Positions 7,182-17,026 of a DNA stretch of 64,000 bases are shown piece by piece (the first letter of the stretch is position 1; every line of letters begins with the position of its first letter). Under the pieces are notes generated by a model. That model made no database searches. It was not told the DNA's origin and was given only the letters and a program-made list of their open reading frames with translations. The translations under genes and the position numbers were made by a program. The stretch lies in IMG/VR virus record IMGVR_UViG_3300028048_000077, positions 1 through 64,000 of that record; one strand, written 5' to 3'. This DNA is from a virus (lineage: Duplodnaviria; Caudoviricetes).

Positions 7182-9492
7182 AGCTTGCCATATCTACATC
7201 TTCTAATAAACAAGACAGATTGGACTGAATATCTCTAATCTCCTGAATCTGCTTCTTAATATCCTGTACAGTAAGCTGTAATAAAGCTCTGTCATAGTTA
7301 GGATGTATAGTAGATATACGCAAATCCTGAGCTGGCATTTCACCAAGACCCTTATATCTCTGAATACTGCTAGGACGGAACTTCTCAAATGCCATCATAA
7401 CATCATACAGAGTAGCTGGTTTACCATTCAGATAATAAAGCTCTAAAGAAGTATCGATATACTGATATAATGGTGCACATACAGAATACAATGTAGGAGT
7501 ACATACTATATTATAGAACTGCTCTCCTACTAATCCATCAAGTACTAAGGTTCCATTCATGTTCTTTACATCCATGAATCTATATTTAGACTTAATGAAC
7601 TTCATCATCCAGCTAATAGGTTTCTTTCTATACCTGATAAGGAACTCTAAAAGCTGAGGATCAATTGCATATGTATTTGCAAGTACAGTAAGCTCATCAA
7701 TATATGAAGCATTATTATACAGCATTGAAGTGATATCACTATTCTTAATTACCTTCTTCTTGCTATCACGAAGCTCATAAGATTTAGTAAAGCTAGTCTG
7801 AAGGAACTTAGTATAATCACTCTTATCAGTGAAGAATACTTTCTTCTTATTCTTGATAATGCTATACAAAGGTGGCTGAGCCATATATACTCTACCATCT
7901 TCAATCAGTGGTCTGAAGTACATCAAGAACAGCTTCATCAATAACTGTCTGATATTTTTACCATCTGGATCTGCATCTCCAGCGAAGATAATCTTATCAA
8001 ACTTACACTTAGAGATATCAAAATTCTTACCAATTCCACACCCAATGATGGCTGCAATACCACAGACCTCTTCATTCTTCATAACAGCTTCTTTACTGTT
8101 AGTGAATGCATTAATGATCTTTCCTCTAATAGGGAATATACCCTGCTTATTAGGATCAATTGCATCTTTCAATGAGGATACTGCAGAATCACCCTCTGCT
8201 ATGATAAGCTCTAAATTCTTCTTACCAGCAGGAGGGAAATATTTCTTAGGTAAACCAAATGCTGATACTTTCACTCGTTTGATGAAGTTAGTCTTATTGC
8301 TTTCTTCACTCAACCGTAGATCGGCAGTATCTTTGTAGTACTTACACAACCGTTGCAAGTCATTTGCATTAAACTTGCACCATTCATCTAACTGGCTCTC
8401 AAGAGTAGTCTTTATGAAAGCTTCTACACCTTCACCTGAGAATATCTCTTTAGCCTGACCAGAGAAAATTGGTTCCAAATGTGATACCGTTACCACTGCT
8501 TTCATACCAGAAAGTATATCGTTACCAATACACTTAGTCTTTCCCTTAGTTAGATAAATTTTGTTCATGTAGTTTCGGAAGTAATTACTCAATGCATTAA
8601 TGAATCCCTTAACATGCTCGGACTGACCGTTCACTGTTGGACACATGTTAGCAAATGAGATAATATCTGCTTCCTCTCCAAGACACTTGCTGTCATATGT
8701 GAATGCTATCTCACATTTAATGGTACCATTATCATCCTTAATTATAATTGGAGATATTACTGGATTATCACACTTAGCAATTAAAAATGACAGAATACCA
8801 TCCTGATTTACCAGAGTCTCTTCAATAACAGACCCATCTTTCTTTACTCCTCTGAAGTACAGTGTATTACCAACTCCTGGAGTTGTAAGGTATAATATAG
8901 TAGAAGCCAGATGTAATACATCTTCACATGTAGTATTGAGATTCTTCATTACATCTAAAGATGGAACAAATGTTACTATACTACCCTGATACTTGTTAGG
9001 ATTAGGAATCTTAACCTCACCCTTCTTCCAAGGATGACCATCATGGAATTCTACTTTTCTTGCATCTCCTGTATACAAATAGGTTTCTGCAATAAATATC
9101 TTAGAACATGCATTGGTTACCTTACTACCAACACCATGTCTTCCTGAAGAATACTCTCCAAGTTTCTTTACATAGTTAGAAGATGTATGCTGTTTAGTGA
9201 ATACTCGTTCAATGTGACCAAACGGAATACCACGGCCATTATCTCTAACCTTACACATCATAGTGTTTTCATCATACTCAAGCCACAATGAATCACATGG
9301 AGAATCTTTCTTTTCCATTTCATCGAAGCTATTCTGAATTATCTCTCGGATCATATTAATATGACCACGAGTATCATTATATCCAAGATACTGTCCTACT
9401 GTCTTTCGTACAGCATCTACGAATGATGCAATCGTTTTAATTTGATTAGCGTAATCTAAAATCTGATCTGCAAACTCTTTAGCTTTAGCCAA
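7171..9492 (-). CDS. gyrB: DNA topoisomerase IIA subunit B (GyrB/ParE-like)
   Basis: GHKL motifs EIIQNSFDE, DNGRGIP, GRHGVG; TOPRIM EGDSA, PIRGK, DADPDG; QRYKGLGEM; TTG start. Confidence 0.95.
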   Translation of the reverse strand: MAKAKEFADQILDYANQIKTIASFVDAVRKTVGQYLGYNDTRGHINMIREIIQNSFDEMEKKDSPCDSLWLEYDENTMMCKVRDNGRGIPFGHIERVFTKQHTSSNYVKKLGEYSSGRHGVGSKVTNACSKIFIAETYLYTGDARKVEFHDGHPWKKGEVKIPNPNKYQGSIVTFVPSLDVMKNLNTTCEDVLHLASTILYLTTPGVGNTLYFRGVKKDGSVIEETLVNQDGILSFLIAKCDNPVISPIIIKDDNGTIKCEIAFTYDSKCLGEEADIISFANMCPTVNGQSEHVKGFINALSNYFRNYMNKIYLTKGKTKCIGNDILSGMKAVVTVSHLEPIFSGQAKEIFSGEGVEAFIKTTLESQLDEWCKFNANDLQRLCKYYKDTADLRLSEESNKTNFIKRVKVSAFGLPKKYFPPAGKKNLELIIAEGDSAVSSLKDAIDPNKQGIFPIRGKIINAFTNSKEAVMKNEEVCGIAAIIGCGIGKNFDISKCKFDKIIFAGDADPDGKNIRQLLMKLFLMYFRPLIEDGRVYMAQPPLYSIIKNKKKVFFTDKSDYTKFLQTSFTKSYELRDSKKKVIKNSDITSMLYNNASYIDELTVLANTYAIDPQLLEFLIRYRKKPISWMMKFIKSKYRFMDVKNMNGTLVLDGLVGEQFYNIVCTPTLYSVCAPLYQYIDTSLELYYLNGKPATLYDVMMAFEKFRPSSIQRYKGLGEMPAQDLRISTIHPNYDRALLQLTVQDIKKQIQEIRDIQSNLSCLLEDVDMASFEF

Positions 9493-9610
9493 TTATTTCA
9501 ACTCCCTTTCAAAGAAATAATAAATAATGATATCTCAAAAGAAATCTAGTAGAGGAGTTTTCCTCTACTAGATAAGTCTCTAAAATATCATTATTTAATG
9601 GCTAAGTTAA

Positions 9611-10597
9611 TTAAGCCTTGAAAGTCTTTGCAGGAGTTTCAGTTGCTGCTGATACTGGAGCTACAGGTGGAACATTTGCTGCAGTCTGCTGCATAGGAGC
9701 TGGACCAGTAGTAGCAACCTGATCAGAAACTACCATTCCTGGTGCAGGCATAGGAGCTGGACCATTAGGAACTACTACACCTACAGGACGATCTGCTGGG
9801 CTACCTGCCTGAGTTGCGAACTGAGGACCCCAAGTCTGCTGAGGCTGACCCATAGGAACACCAGGAGCTGGAGCACCCATAGGAGCTGCTGGAGCAGGAG
9901 CCCAAGCTGGCTGAGGCTGACCCATAGGAACACCAGGAGCTGGAGCACCCATAGGAGCTGTTGGAGCAGGACCCCAAGCTGGCTGAGTATAATAACCCTG
10001 GTTATACATAGGCATACCGCTCATAAGGCCATTCAATGCATTCCAAGTCTGAGAAGCAGCACCCATAGTTCCTGCTGGATTCATACCGTGTACATTGATC
10101 AACTTATTCTTGTTATTCATTGCATACTCATACATACCTGGGAGCAAGTCAATGAAACCAAGTGCCATATAGAAGTTTCTTGCTACATCTGGAGATGCAT
10201 CAAGAGTAAAGGTCTTAATAGTTTCAATCAGATTATTAACTCTGATAACAATATCATCAACCTCTTCACGAGACAGATTCTCTAACATCTCCCATACTTT
10301 ACCGCAGTAAGAGCACTCGAAGAGACCATCATCTCTCTGGAAGATAGTAAACTGACCATTGTGCTTATGAGTACACAGGTCACGAATTGCATCAAGCTTG
10401 TTACGAGTTACATTAAAACCATTACTTGCCTGAAGCATTTTGTGCTCTTCCTCAGTCATTGGATTAGTCATAACTGGAAGCTGAGCTACTGGCTGCTGCA
10501 TTTGATAGTTATAAGTACCTGGCCAATACTGAGGCTGACCATACATACCCATACCATTTACCTGCTGCTGACCCTGTTGTGGAAAAAAGTTATTCAT
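9611..10597 (-). CDS. Pro/Ala/Gln/Met-rich low-complexity protein with a central Zn-ribbon-like domain
   Basis: CTHKH...CSYC; AGGAGG SD; directly downstream of promoter motif 10647. Confidence 0.85.
   Translation of the reverse strand: MNNFFPQQGQQQVNGMGMYGQPQYWPGTYNYQMQQPVAQLPVMTNPMTEEEHKMLQASNGFNVTRNKLDAIRDLCTHKHNGQFTIFQRDDGLFECSYCGKVWEMLENLSREEVDDIVIRVNNLIETIKTFTLDASPDVARNFYMALGFIDLLPGMYEYAMNNKNKLINVHGMNPAGTMGAASQTWNALNGLMSGMPMYNQGYYTQPAWGPAPTAPMGAPAPGVPMGQPQPAWAPAPAAPMGAPAPGVPMGQPQQTWGPQFATQAGSPADRPVGVVVPNGPAPMPAPGMVVSDQVATTGPAPMQQTAANVPPVAPVSAATETPAKTFKA
9839..9984 (-). repeat. 72-bp tandem repeat (24 aa, PAWxPAPxAPMGAPAPGVPMGQPQ x2)
   Basis: CTGAGGCTGACCCATAGGAACACCAGGAGC at 9839 and 9911. 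Confidence 0.85.
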
Positions 10598-10646
10598 AAA
10601 GAAACCTCCTTAAAATTTGGCAGCAGAATTTACATTCTGCTACACT

Positions 10647-10662
10647 TCATATATATAGTATA
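10647..10662 (-). promoter_or_regulatory. Conserved promoter motif
   Basis: TATACTATATATATGA. Confidence 0.8.
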
Positions 10663-10703
10663 CATCTAAATTTAATTTTACTAGACTCATAATCATAGTA
10701 AAA

Positions 10704-11216
10704 TTATTTTACATAATATTCGCTAGTCTTCTTTGGAATCATATTCTCTGGCTGAATATCGTGACAGAGATTCTTGATTACTCTAGCAACAACATTGCCA
10801 TCCATAGATACTTCAGATTTATCCTTACAATACTTGAAGTTTCCATCAGATTGCATAGCTTCTAACAGTTTAGTTATACCATTCTCATCGAGAACAATAC
10901 GGAACTGTTGAATCTCACCATAATCCGCAATAATTACTTCACATGGATTTTGAATCTTGTCTGTACCCATGGCCCAATTTGCACCACGGACTACACCAGT
11001 ATTAATCTTTAGACTTACAATAATACCATCATTATCATTCCAGAATACATTATCAACTTCTTCTGAAATGGCCATGCTATTATCAAGTTCTAATGTGATA
11101 GGATAAGCTATTTCCTTCGGTCCAAGAGACTCTTGAGTATCCTTATCAAATACTTCAATGGTTCTTGTACAGTTACGAAGTAAGCTTTTAATCTTGACTA
11201 CATCGCTCTTTTCCAT
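10704..11216 (-). CDS. hypothetical protein
   Basis: ORF track. Confidence 0.8.
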   Translation of the reverse strand: MEKSDVVKIKSLLRNCTRTIEVFDKDTQESLGPKEIAYPITLELDNSMAISEEVDNVFWNDNDGIIVSLKINTGVVRGANWAMGTDKIQNPCEVIIADYGEIQQFRIVLDENGITKLLEAMQSDGNFKYCKDKSEVSMDGNVVARVIKNLCHDIQPENMIPKKTSEYYVK

Positions 11217-11309
11217 TTATTTTTTCACATCCTTTATTGAATGATAATTCAGAAGGAAACCATAAGGTCTCCCTCTAAATATATGTTACACCTTCTATAA
11301 AATTACAAA

Positions 11310-11765
11310 TTATATAGTATGGCGTAATGAACTTAAATGGTTGGCTATTAAATCAAGCCTTGCTAGTTTTTCACTTCCATAAGTTACCAGCATCTGCTGT
11401 AAGCATATATTGATATATCCATATGCTTCACAATTACTCTTATGGGTATTTAGCAAATAATAATATAAAGACTCTTGAGTTCTCATAGGGAATTGATTTC
11501 CATAAGTCTCAAATGCATGAGTCTCCATAAATTCAATTTCATACTTATGATATGATTCATTTATCATAGTTCTCATAAATGTATCATTATCAAAAGCATA
11601 ACCATATAGAGTTTTGTCTATTCCTCCATATGCCAGATCCCTAAAGAATAAGTCAGATCTTTTAACCATCTCTACTGGAGATAGCTTAGTAATCCAATCT
11701 TTTCCATATCGTTCTTCCATATTTTTAAAGAACATGGACATCTTCTTTTTTGGTTTGATTGCCAA
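11310..11765 (-). CDS. hypothetical protein
   Basis: ORF track. Confidence 0.75.
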   Translation of the reverse strand: MAIKPKKKMSMFFKNMEERYGKDWITKLSPVEMVKRSDLFFRDLAYGGIDKTLYGYAFDNDTFMRTMINESYHKYEIEFMETHAFETYGNQFPMRTQESLYYYLLNTHKSNCEAYGYINICLQQMLVTYGSEKLARLDLIANHLSSLRHTI

Positions 11766-11780
11766 TTTTATCTTCCTTTC

Positions 11781-12305
11781 TTACATAGATTCCTTTCTAT
11801 AGAGAGTTTCACGCTTTTCTTCATCATATCCATAAGATAACGCTACCTCATCTATATCATCCATAGTAATGCTAGTTTCAGCAGCTACTACAGAATCAGT
11901 TTCTAACACATGTCTCATAAAAGTATATAGTGAGATACATGTTTTCATAGTTGAGTTATTAGTAAATATATAACTCTCCATGATATTGTAATTCTCATAT
12001 ATATCTTCTATTTGTTTCCAGATTTCCGTATGTGTACTTTTTACTTGACCCATTTCATTCTGATAAACACCATTGATTGTATCCTGAATAGGCATAAACT
12101 CATCAAGAGTAAACCAATAACGCTCATCATCAGAACCCTGAAGCAACACTAAATATCTCTTCATTGGTTCTTTTCTAGGCTTTATAGGGTTTCCTTCCTT
12201 ATCGTATTTTATAAAGCCCTGTGGTAAAGTTTCAAGTAATGGCATAAAAAATCCTCCTTTTTGTTTTACAGTATATATGAAGAGATGCATTTCTGCTCTC
12301 TTCAT
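11781..12305 (-). CDS. hypothetical protein
   Basis: ORF track; AGGAGG SD indicates the start is MPLLET, near 12246. Confidence 0.8.
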   Translation of the reverse strand: MKRAEMHLFIYTVKQKGGFFMPLLETLPQGFIKYDKEGNPIKPRKEPMKRYLVLLQGSDDERYWFTLDEFMPIQDTINGVYQNEMGQVKSTHTEIWKQIEDIYENYNIMESYIFTNNSTMKTCISLYTFMRHVLETDSVVAAETSITMDDIDEVALSYGYDEEKRETLYRKESM

Positions 12306-12317
12306 ATATATAGTATA
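12302..12317 (-). promoter_or_regulatory. Conserved promoter motif
   Basis: TATACTATATATATGA. Confidence 0.8.
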
Positions 12318-12342
12318 TAAGAGAATTTTATTTTACTTTATA

Positions 12343-12414
12343 CTAATTCTCACTATTCATCATTAGTACTAATACTACTACAAATAATAATATGCAGATA
12401 TTGAAAAAGTTCAT
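12343..12414 (-). CDS. 23-aa hydrophobic peptide MNFFNICILLFVVVLVLMMNSEN
   Basis: AGAAGGAG SD upstream; below the ORF-track cutoff. Confidence 0.4.
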   Translation of the reverse strand: MNFFNICILLFVVVLVLMMNSEN

Positions 12415-12431
12415 AGATACATTTCTCCTTC

Positions 12432-13607
12432 TTAAAAGAATTGTCTCTTATCTATAAAGTATATACAATGATCAGAGAATCTAGTTATACCAGTATAATT
12501 AAGATTCTTATTAATCAATGGATTCAGATATTCCTGGAAGTATATTCCTTGATTATACTGAGCACCCTGAGATATATGAGTAGTAATACCATATGCAAAT
12601 TCAAACTTTTCTCCTATATAATATGGAGATTGTTTAATTTGTTTTCTTTCATTAGTATCAGCTACAAAGTATGCATATGAGCACATTAATCCTGAGAATG
12701 GAATATTACTAAGAGATGGCTTAAAGTCCATATAGAATACTTTTCCATCAAATGTAGATACATCTGGAGCAGATACTACATCTCCAATTAGTCCATTAGC
12801 AAGATTAATACCATTAGCATCTATAGCCCAGTTATTTTGTCTACATACTACTTTCTCTCCATATCCTGGAAGAGTAGATTCGTTATGCAATATCTGTTTT
12901 CTTATATATCTATTAAACTTCTCTCTAGTATCATTCTTACCACATATTACTACTTGTGCATTAGCAATAATATCTTTAGTAATCTCATCTTTGTACATTA
13001 CTTCTACATTTCCATATGTACCATGTTCTACTTGTTTACCAGCAAGTATCTCATGAGCAAGATGTACTATACCAGAGTTCTCATTCTGTCTCATTATTTG
13101 AGTAAGATAATGTACTTTCCCAGTGTACAAATATGCTGGATTGTCTCCTACTGGAGGAAGCTGATTAAGATCTCCACAACAGAGTATTTTTAATCCTCTA
13201 GACTCTATTTCATCTTTCAGATTCATAGGTACACAACCAGCCTCATCTATACATATGAGCTTCTTATTTGGTGGGAGAGGTTTAGGTACAAACTTCTTAA
13301 TCTTCTTAGGTTTATTAAGATATGTATCTATCTCTCCAGTATCTATCCATTCTAATCCATATAACCAAGAATGAATAGTTTTAGCATTTACAAGACCTTT
13401 AAGTCTCATAATAATAGCAGCAGCTCCAATATATGACATAGGAGCTACTTCATCTATAGTTAATCCCAGAGCCTGAATGATGGCATTCATAGTTACAGAC
13501 TTACCTGTACCAGCAGCTCCAGAATATTGAAATACTTGTTCTGAACTGTTATTATACCAATCAACAGCCATATCAACTATTCGCTGCTGATCTTCATTTA
13601 AATCCAT
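12432..13607 (-). CDS. SF1B helicase (RecD/Dda-like)
   Basis: Walker A GAAGTGKS, KTIHS, IDEAG, GDLNQLPPV, LTQIMRQ, AYGITTHISQG. Confidence 0.92.
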   Translation of the reverse strand: MDLNEDQQRIVDMAVDWYNNSSEQVFQYSGAAGTGKSVTMNAIIQALGLTIDEVAPMSYIGAAAIIMRLKGLVNAKTIHSWLYGLEWIDTGEIDTYLNKPKKIKKFVPKPLPPNKKLICIDEAGCVPMNLKDEIESRGLKILCCGDLNQLPPVGDNPAYLYTGKVHYLTQIMRQNENSGIVHLAHEILAGKQVEHGTYGNVEVMYKDEITKDIIANAQVVICGKNDTREKFNRYIRKQILHNESTLPGYGEKVVCRQNNWAIDANGINLANGLIGDVVSAPDVSTFDGKVFYMDFKPSLSNIPFSGLMCSYAYFVADTNERKQIKQSPYYIGEKFEFAYGITTHISQGAQYNQGIYFQEYLNPLINKNLNYTGITRFSDHCIYFIDKRQFF

Positions 13608-13629
13608 TATTCATGCCTCCTATAAAAAA

Positions 13630-13659
13630 AAAGAAGGTGAATTATATTTCACCTTCTTT
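13630..13659 (-). terminator. Intrinsic terminator after the 10-aa ORF
   Basis: AAGAAGGTGAA/TTCACCTTCTT stem followed by a T-run on the - strand. Confidence 0.75.
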
Positions 13660-13667
13660 CTTGGGTT

Positions 13668-13700
13668 TTATTCATAAATGGCTATTTCTACATCGCCCAT
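13668..13700 (-). CDS. 10-aa micropeptide MGDVEIAIYE
   Basis: Own promoter motif (13727), SD AGAAAGGGGTGA and terminator. Confidence 0.55.
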   Translation of the reverse strand: MGDVEIAIYE

Positions 13701-13726
13701 GAATATCACCCCTTTCTAAATTCATA

Positions 13727-13742
13727 TCATATATATAGTATA
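13727..13742 (-). promoter_or_regulatory. Conserved promoter motif
   Basis: TATACTATATATATGA. Confidence 0.8.
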
Positions 13743-13761
13743 TATCTGATTTTTTAAACTA

Positions 13762-14256
13762 TTACATTTTTATATCATATGCACGTAGACGCTCATATTC
13801 ATTAGGAAGAGCTTGTTCTAGTTTCATAAGAATATCTATATACTTAAGAGAATCCTTATAATAAGCATCAGATTTATATACTACTCCATTAGCAAATTCT
13901 ATCTCAATATGACCAATATTATCAGGTCTAGCATTTGTAATTTTTTGCATATTTACAAGATAACCATGTTCTGCAAAATACCATTCCATAATATTGAGCA
14001 TTAATTTTGTATTGAAATATGGATTAAATTCTATTTCACCTTTCTGAATAGGTTTAAGTTCTCCATTTTCTGTTCTTATAAATGGATATATACATTTCAT
14101 TCCATCTATATACATATCTACCATCATATCATCATCATTAAGAAAGAAAATACTTCCATCAGGATTTACTTCTAATCCAAGATGACACATAAGCATATCA
14201 AGTGCTCCTTTGGCTCTAAAAATCTCATCATTTATTTCAGCTTTAGTCTTACGCAT
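13762..14256 (-). CDS. hypothetical protein
   Basis: ORF track, AAGGAG SD. Confidence 0.8.
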   Translation of the reverse strand: MRKTKAEINDEIFRAKGALDMLMCHLGLEVNPDGSIFFLNDDDMMVDMYIDGMKCIYPFIRTENGELKPIQKGEIEFNPYFNTKLMLNIMEWYFAEHGYLVNMQKITNARPDNIGHIEIEFANGVVYKSDAYYKDSLKYIDILMKLEQALPNEYERLRAYDIKM

Positions 14257-14297
14257 ATTTAAACTCTCCTTTTTCTTATATCTATGACTTTCTTATA

Positions 14298-14660
14298 ATG
14301 GGGGTATGTTATATGGATAATAAAAATGAGCTTACAACTACACAAATTGCAATACTTCTTGATACTACTAATAAATATATTCCTGGTAAGAAAAAATTTA
14401 GACTACAATCTGTATCTGGGTTACAGGAAAACTCTACTAGTATTAGTACTGAAACAATATCCATGTCTAATATCTTGAATAAAGATACTAGTGGACTTAC
14501 ATTCAACTCAATCAAAACATCTGATGTAATAGAACTAGAGATTCCTAAAGAAGTTTCTAGAAACTATCCCACTAAATTTATTCCACCTGGAACTAGATTT
14601 ATTGTTTCATTTACATCAGGAGATATAACTAAACCAACTATTGTAGGGAGGGAATTTTAA
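14298..14660 (+). CDS. hypothetical protein, probably virion/baseplate-associated
   Basis: Coupled to the following baseplate-like gene; likely start 14313 after a GGGGG SD. Confidence 0.75.
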   Translation: MGVCYMDNKNELTTTQIAILLDTTNKYIPGKKKFRLQSVSGLQENSTSISTETISMSNILNKDTSGLTFNSIKTSDVIELEIPKEVSRNYPTKFIPPGTRFIVSFTSGDITKPTIVGREF

Positions 14661-15109
14661 TGGCATCAGATTCTGAATTGCTTACATTAGGTGAAACCGA
14701 TCCTGCTCGTACATATAAATTATCTCAATTTATTAAAGTAGGAAGACAGGCACCTACATTAAGTTATACTGATTTCTCATATAGAGAAACTCATAATGGC
14801 ATATCATATGTAATTAAGAATGTAATTAATGATTACTTATATGAACTTAAAAAACTAGCACGTAAAGTTCTCTTAACTGATAAAGAATATGAGAAGTATA
14901 AGTATAAGCCTAAACTTCTTTCATATGATTTATATGGAACTACTGAATATTATATATACCTACTCATGATAAATGATATGTGTAGTATATATGAATTCGA
15001 TACTAAGAAACTTCTTATAATATCTAAAAGTACTTTAGATTTGGCTTTAAATAGTATCTATAGAGCTGAGAAAGCTAATATAATTGAATTCAATAATTCT
15101 CATACATAA
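14660..15109 (+). CDS. putative baseplate wedge protein (T4 gp53-like)
   Basis: KYKPKLLSYDLYGTTEYY...LLMIND resembles the gp53/LysM-like motif. Confidence 0.6.
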   Translation: MASDSELLTLGETDPARTYKLSQFIKVGRQAPTLSYTDFSYRETHNGISYVIKNVINDYLYELKKLARKVLLTDKEYEKYKYKPKLLSYDLYGTTEYYIYLLMINDMCSIYEFDTKKLLIISKSTLDLALNSIYRAEKANIIEFNNSHT

Positions 15110-15143
15110 AATAGTGGAGGCAGGTATCTGCCTCCATATCTTT

Positions 15144-16946
15144 TTATGCCATAAATGCAATTCGTTGTATACCTATATTATTATTCCATACAACTCTATG
15201 GAATCCAACAGGAAGTGGTTTACATGCTACTTCTTCCTTAGGTTTATTACTATATACTTTTCCACCAAGAATCTTCTCCTCAATTTCTTCTGGTGTAAGA
15301 TCTCTAGATTCTTTCTCAAGAAGTTCTTGAATTGGCATAATATCTTTTCTAGCATTCATCTTGATAGTTTCACCAAATGCTTCTCTAATCTCCAATTCAG
15401 ATTTAACCAAAGTTTCTTTATACAATGGCTTAGATAATCCTACATCAGTTTGATACTTAATAGCATTATCTTCATGGAATGGTTGATAGAATGTAGTTAC
15501 ATTTGTGAATATTCTATCTCTATGCTTTGCTAGTTTGAATCCCATCCAAACATTATCGTCTATCCATTCTTTTGCTATGAATATTGAGAAGTCCAGATTT
15601 TCATCAATCAAACCAGATTCACCAATCATAGCTCTTCCGACTTTATTTACTATATCATGTCTTGAGCTATTTCTTGACTCATCTACCATTCTTACACCTT
15701 CTCTATTAAACTGAGAAGCTGTTAAAACAGGTACATCTTTTACTGCTGCAAAGTTCTTGAAGTCATTGATTACATTACCCAAATCAATACGCATATCTTT
15801 CATATAGTCTACTGGACGAATACGTTTAATATAGTCCATAATGAAACATATTGGCTCATATCCAGAATCTTCTAACTCATCATATAATTCATACATATAT
15901 GATGTATTTACTGAATTGATTGGTTTATATCTGAATAATATATTGATTGGATTATCTTCACTAACTCCAAGAAGATTCTTCAACATTTGTTGTACTTGAG
16001 ATTGTGGAAAATCAGTCATTGGTCTAGGTGTACATCCAATATTAAATATCATATTCATAATCTGTTTAATAGTATTCTCCATACTTAAGAATACTATACA
16101 AGGAATCTTAGTCTTATCTTTACATACATAATCCTTGTTAAACATCTTAATCTGATATGCTAAGTTCATCAATGTAACTGTTTTACCTTCACCTGGCAGA
16201 CCGAAGAAACAATATACACGACCATTTTCTACTCCACCACCAAGAATTCCATTTAAACCTTGCATACCAGTCTTTAATCTATATACTGGACGAGATTGAT
16301 CTTTATATATATCTGATATTACACCATCACAATTATTCATATCAAGTGTATTATCTAGATTATCTGTATAAGCATACGTTCTCATTGCTTGATGATAATT
16401 CTCAACTGCTGTAGATATAGTATTGATATTATCATTCGTTACTAATGGATTATTGATACTTGTAATATAATTACTTGTAGCATCATATATCTCAAAGATA
16501 TGATTATTTATATATGCTTTAGAACAACAATCTGCAATGAGTCTTTCTATCCATTCTACTTCCTCATTACTCAATTCTCCGAATTGATTCATATCCAATC
16601 CATCAAATCGATTGCCAATAATTCCTTGTACATCTCGTACAAGGAAAGCTCTATTATCTATACCTTTATCTAACTTTGAATCTAAAAGTTGTTGAGCTAA
16701 TCTATATCTTATTATACATTCTTGATCATTAGCAAAAATACTTTCATCGATATAATTAAATAACAAATCTCTTAATGATTTTAAAGAATTATGATGAATC
16801 GATGTATTCTCAGATAATATATAAGAACAAAATCCATTCATCTCTTCTAATCCAAAGTTAAATCTAGTTGGTTCTTGTTGTCTTCTTAGTGAACTTTTTC
16901 TTTTAGCACTATATTTATTCGCTCTATCTTTAAAAGTAGTCGCCAT
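15144..16946 (-). CDS. DnaB-like replicative helicase
   Basis: KTGMQGLN, Walker A GLPGEGKT, FLSME, MDYI, TASQFNR, KHR. Confidence 0.9.
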   Translation of the reverse strand: MATTFKDRANKYSAKRKSSLRRQQEPTRFNFGLEEMNGFCSYILSENTSIHHNSLKSLRDLLFNYIDESIFANDQECIIRYRLAQQLLDSKLDKGIDNRAFLVRDVQGIIGNRFDGLDMNQFGELSNEEVEWIERLIADCCSKAYINNHIFEIYDATSNYITSINNPLVTNDNINTISTAVENYHQAMRTYAYTDNLDNTLDMNNCDGVISDIYKDQSRPVYRLKTGMQGLNGILGGGVENGRVYCFFGLPGEGKTVTLMNLAYQIKMFNKDYVCKDKTKIPCIVFLSMENTIKQIMNMIFNIGCTPRPMTDFPQSQVQQMLKNLLGVSEDNPINILFRYKPINSVNTSYMYELYDELEDSGYEPICFIMDYIKRIRPVDYMKDMRIDLGNVINDFKNFAAVKDVPVLTASQFNREGVRMVDESRNSSRHDIVNKVGRAMIGESGLIDENLDFSIFIAKEWIDDNVWMGFKLAKHRDRIFTNVTTFYQPFHEDNAIKYQTDVGLSKPLYKETLVKSELEIREAFGETIKMNARKDIMPIQELLEKESRDLTPEEIEEKILGGKVYSNKPKEEVACKPLPVGFHRVVWNNNIGIQRIAFMA

Positions 16947-17026
16947 TGCACTAACTCCTTTTAATTTAATCTGCTATTCGTTATTTCAATATCATTAAAT
17001 TATTTTATGTTTCGGAGAGATGATAT

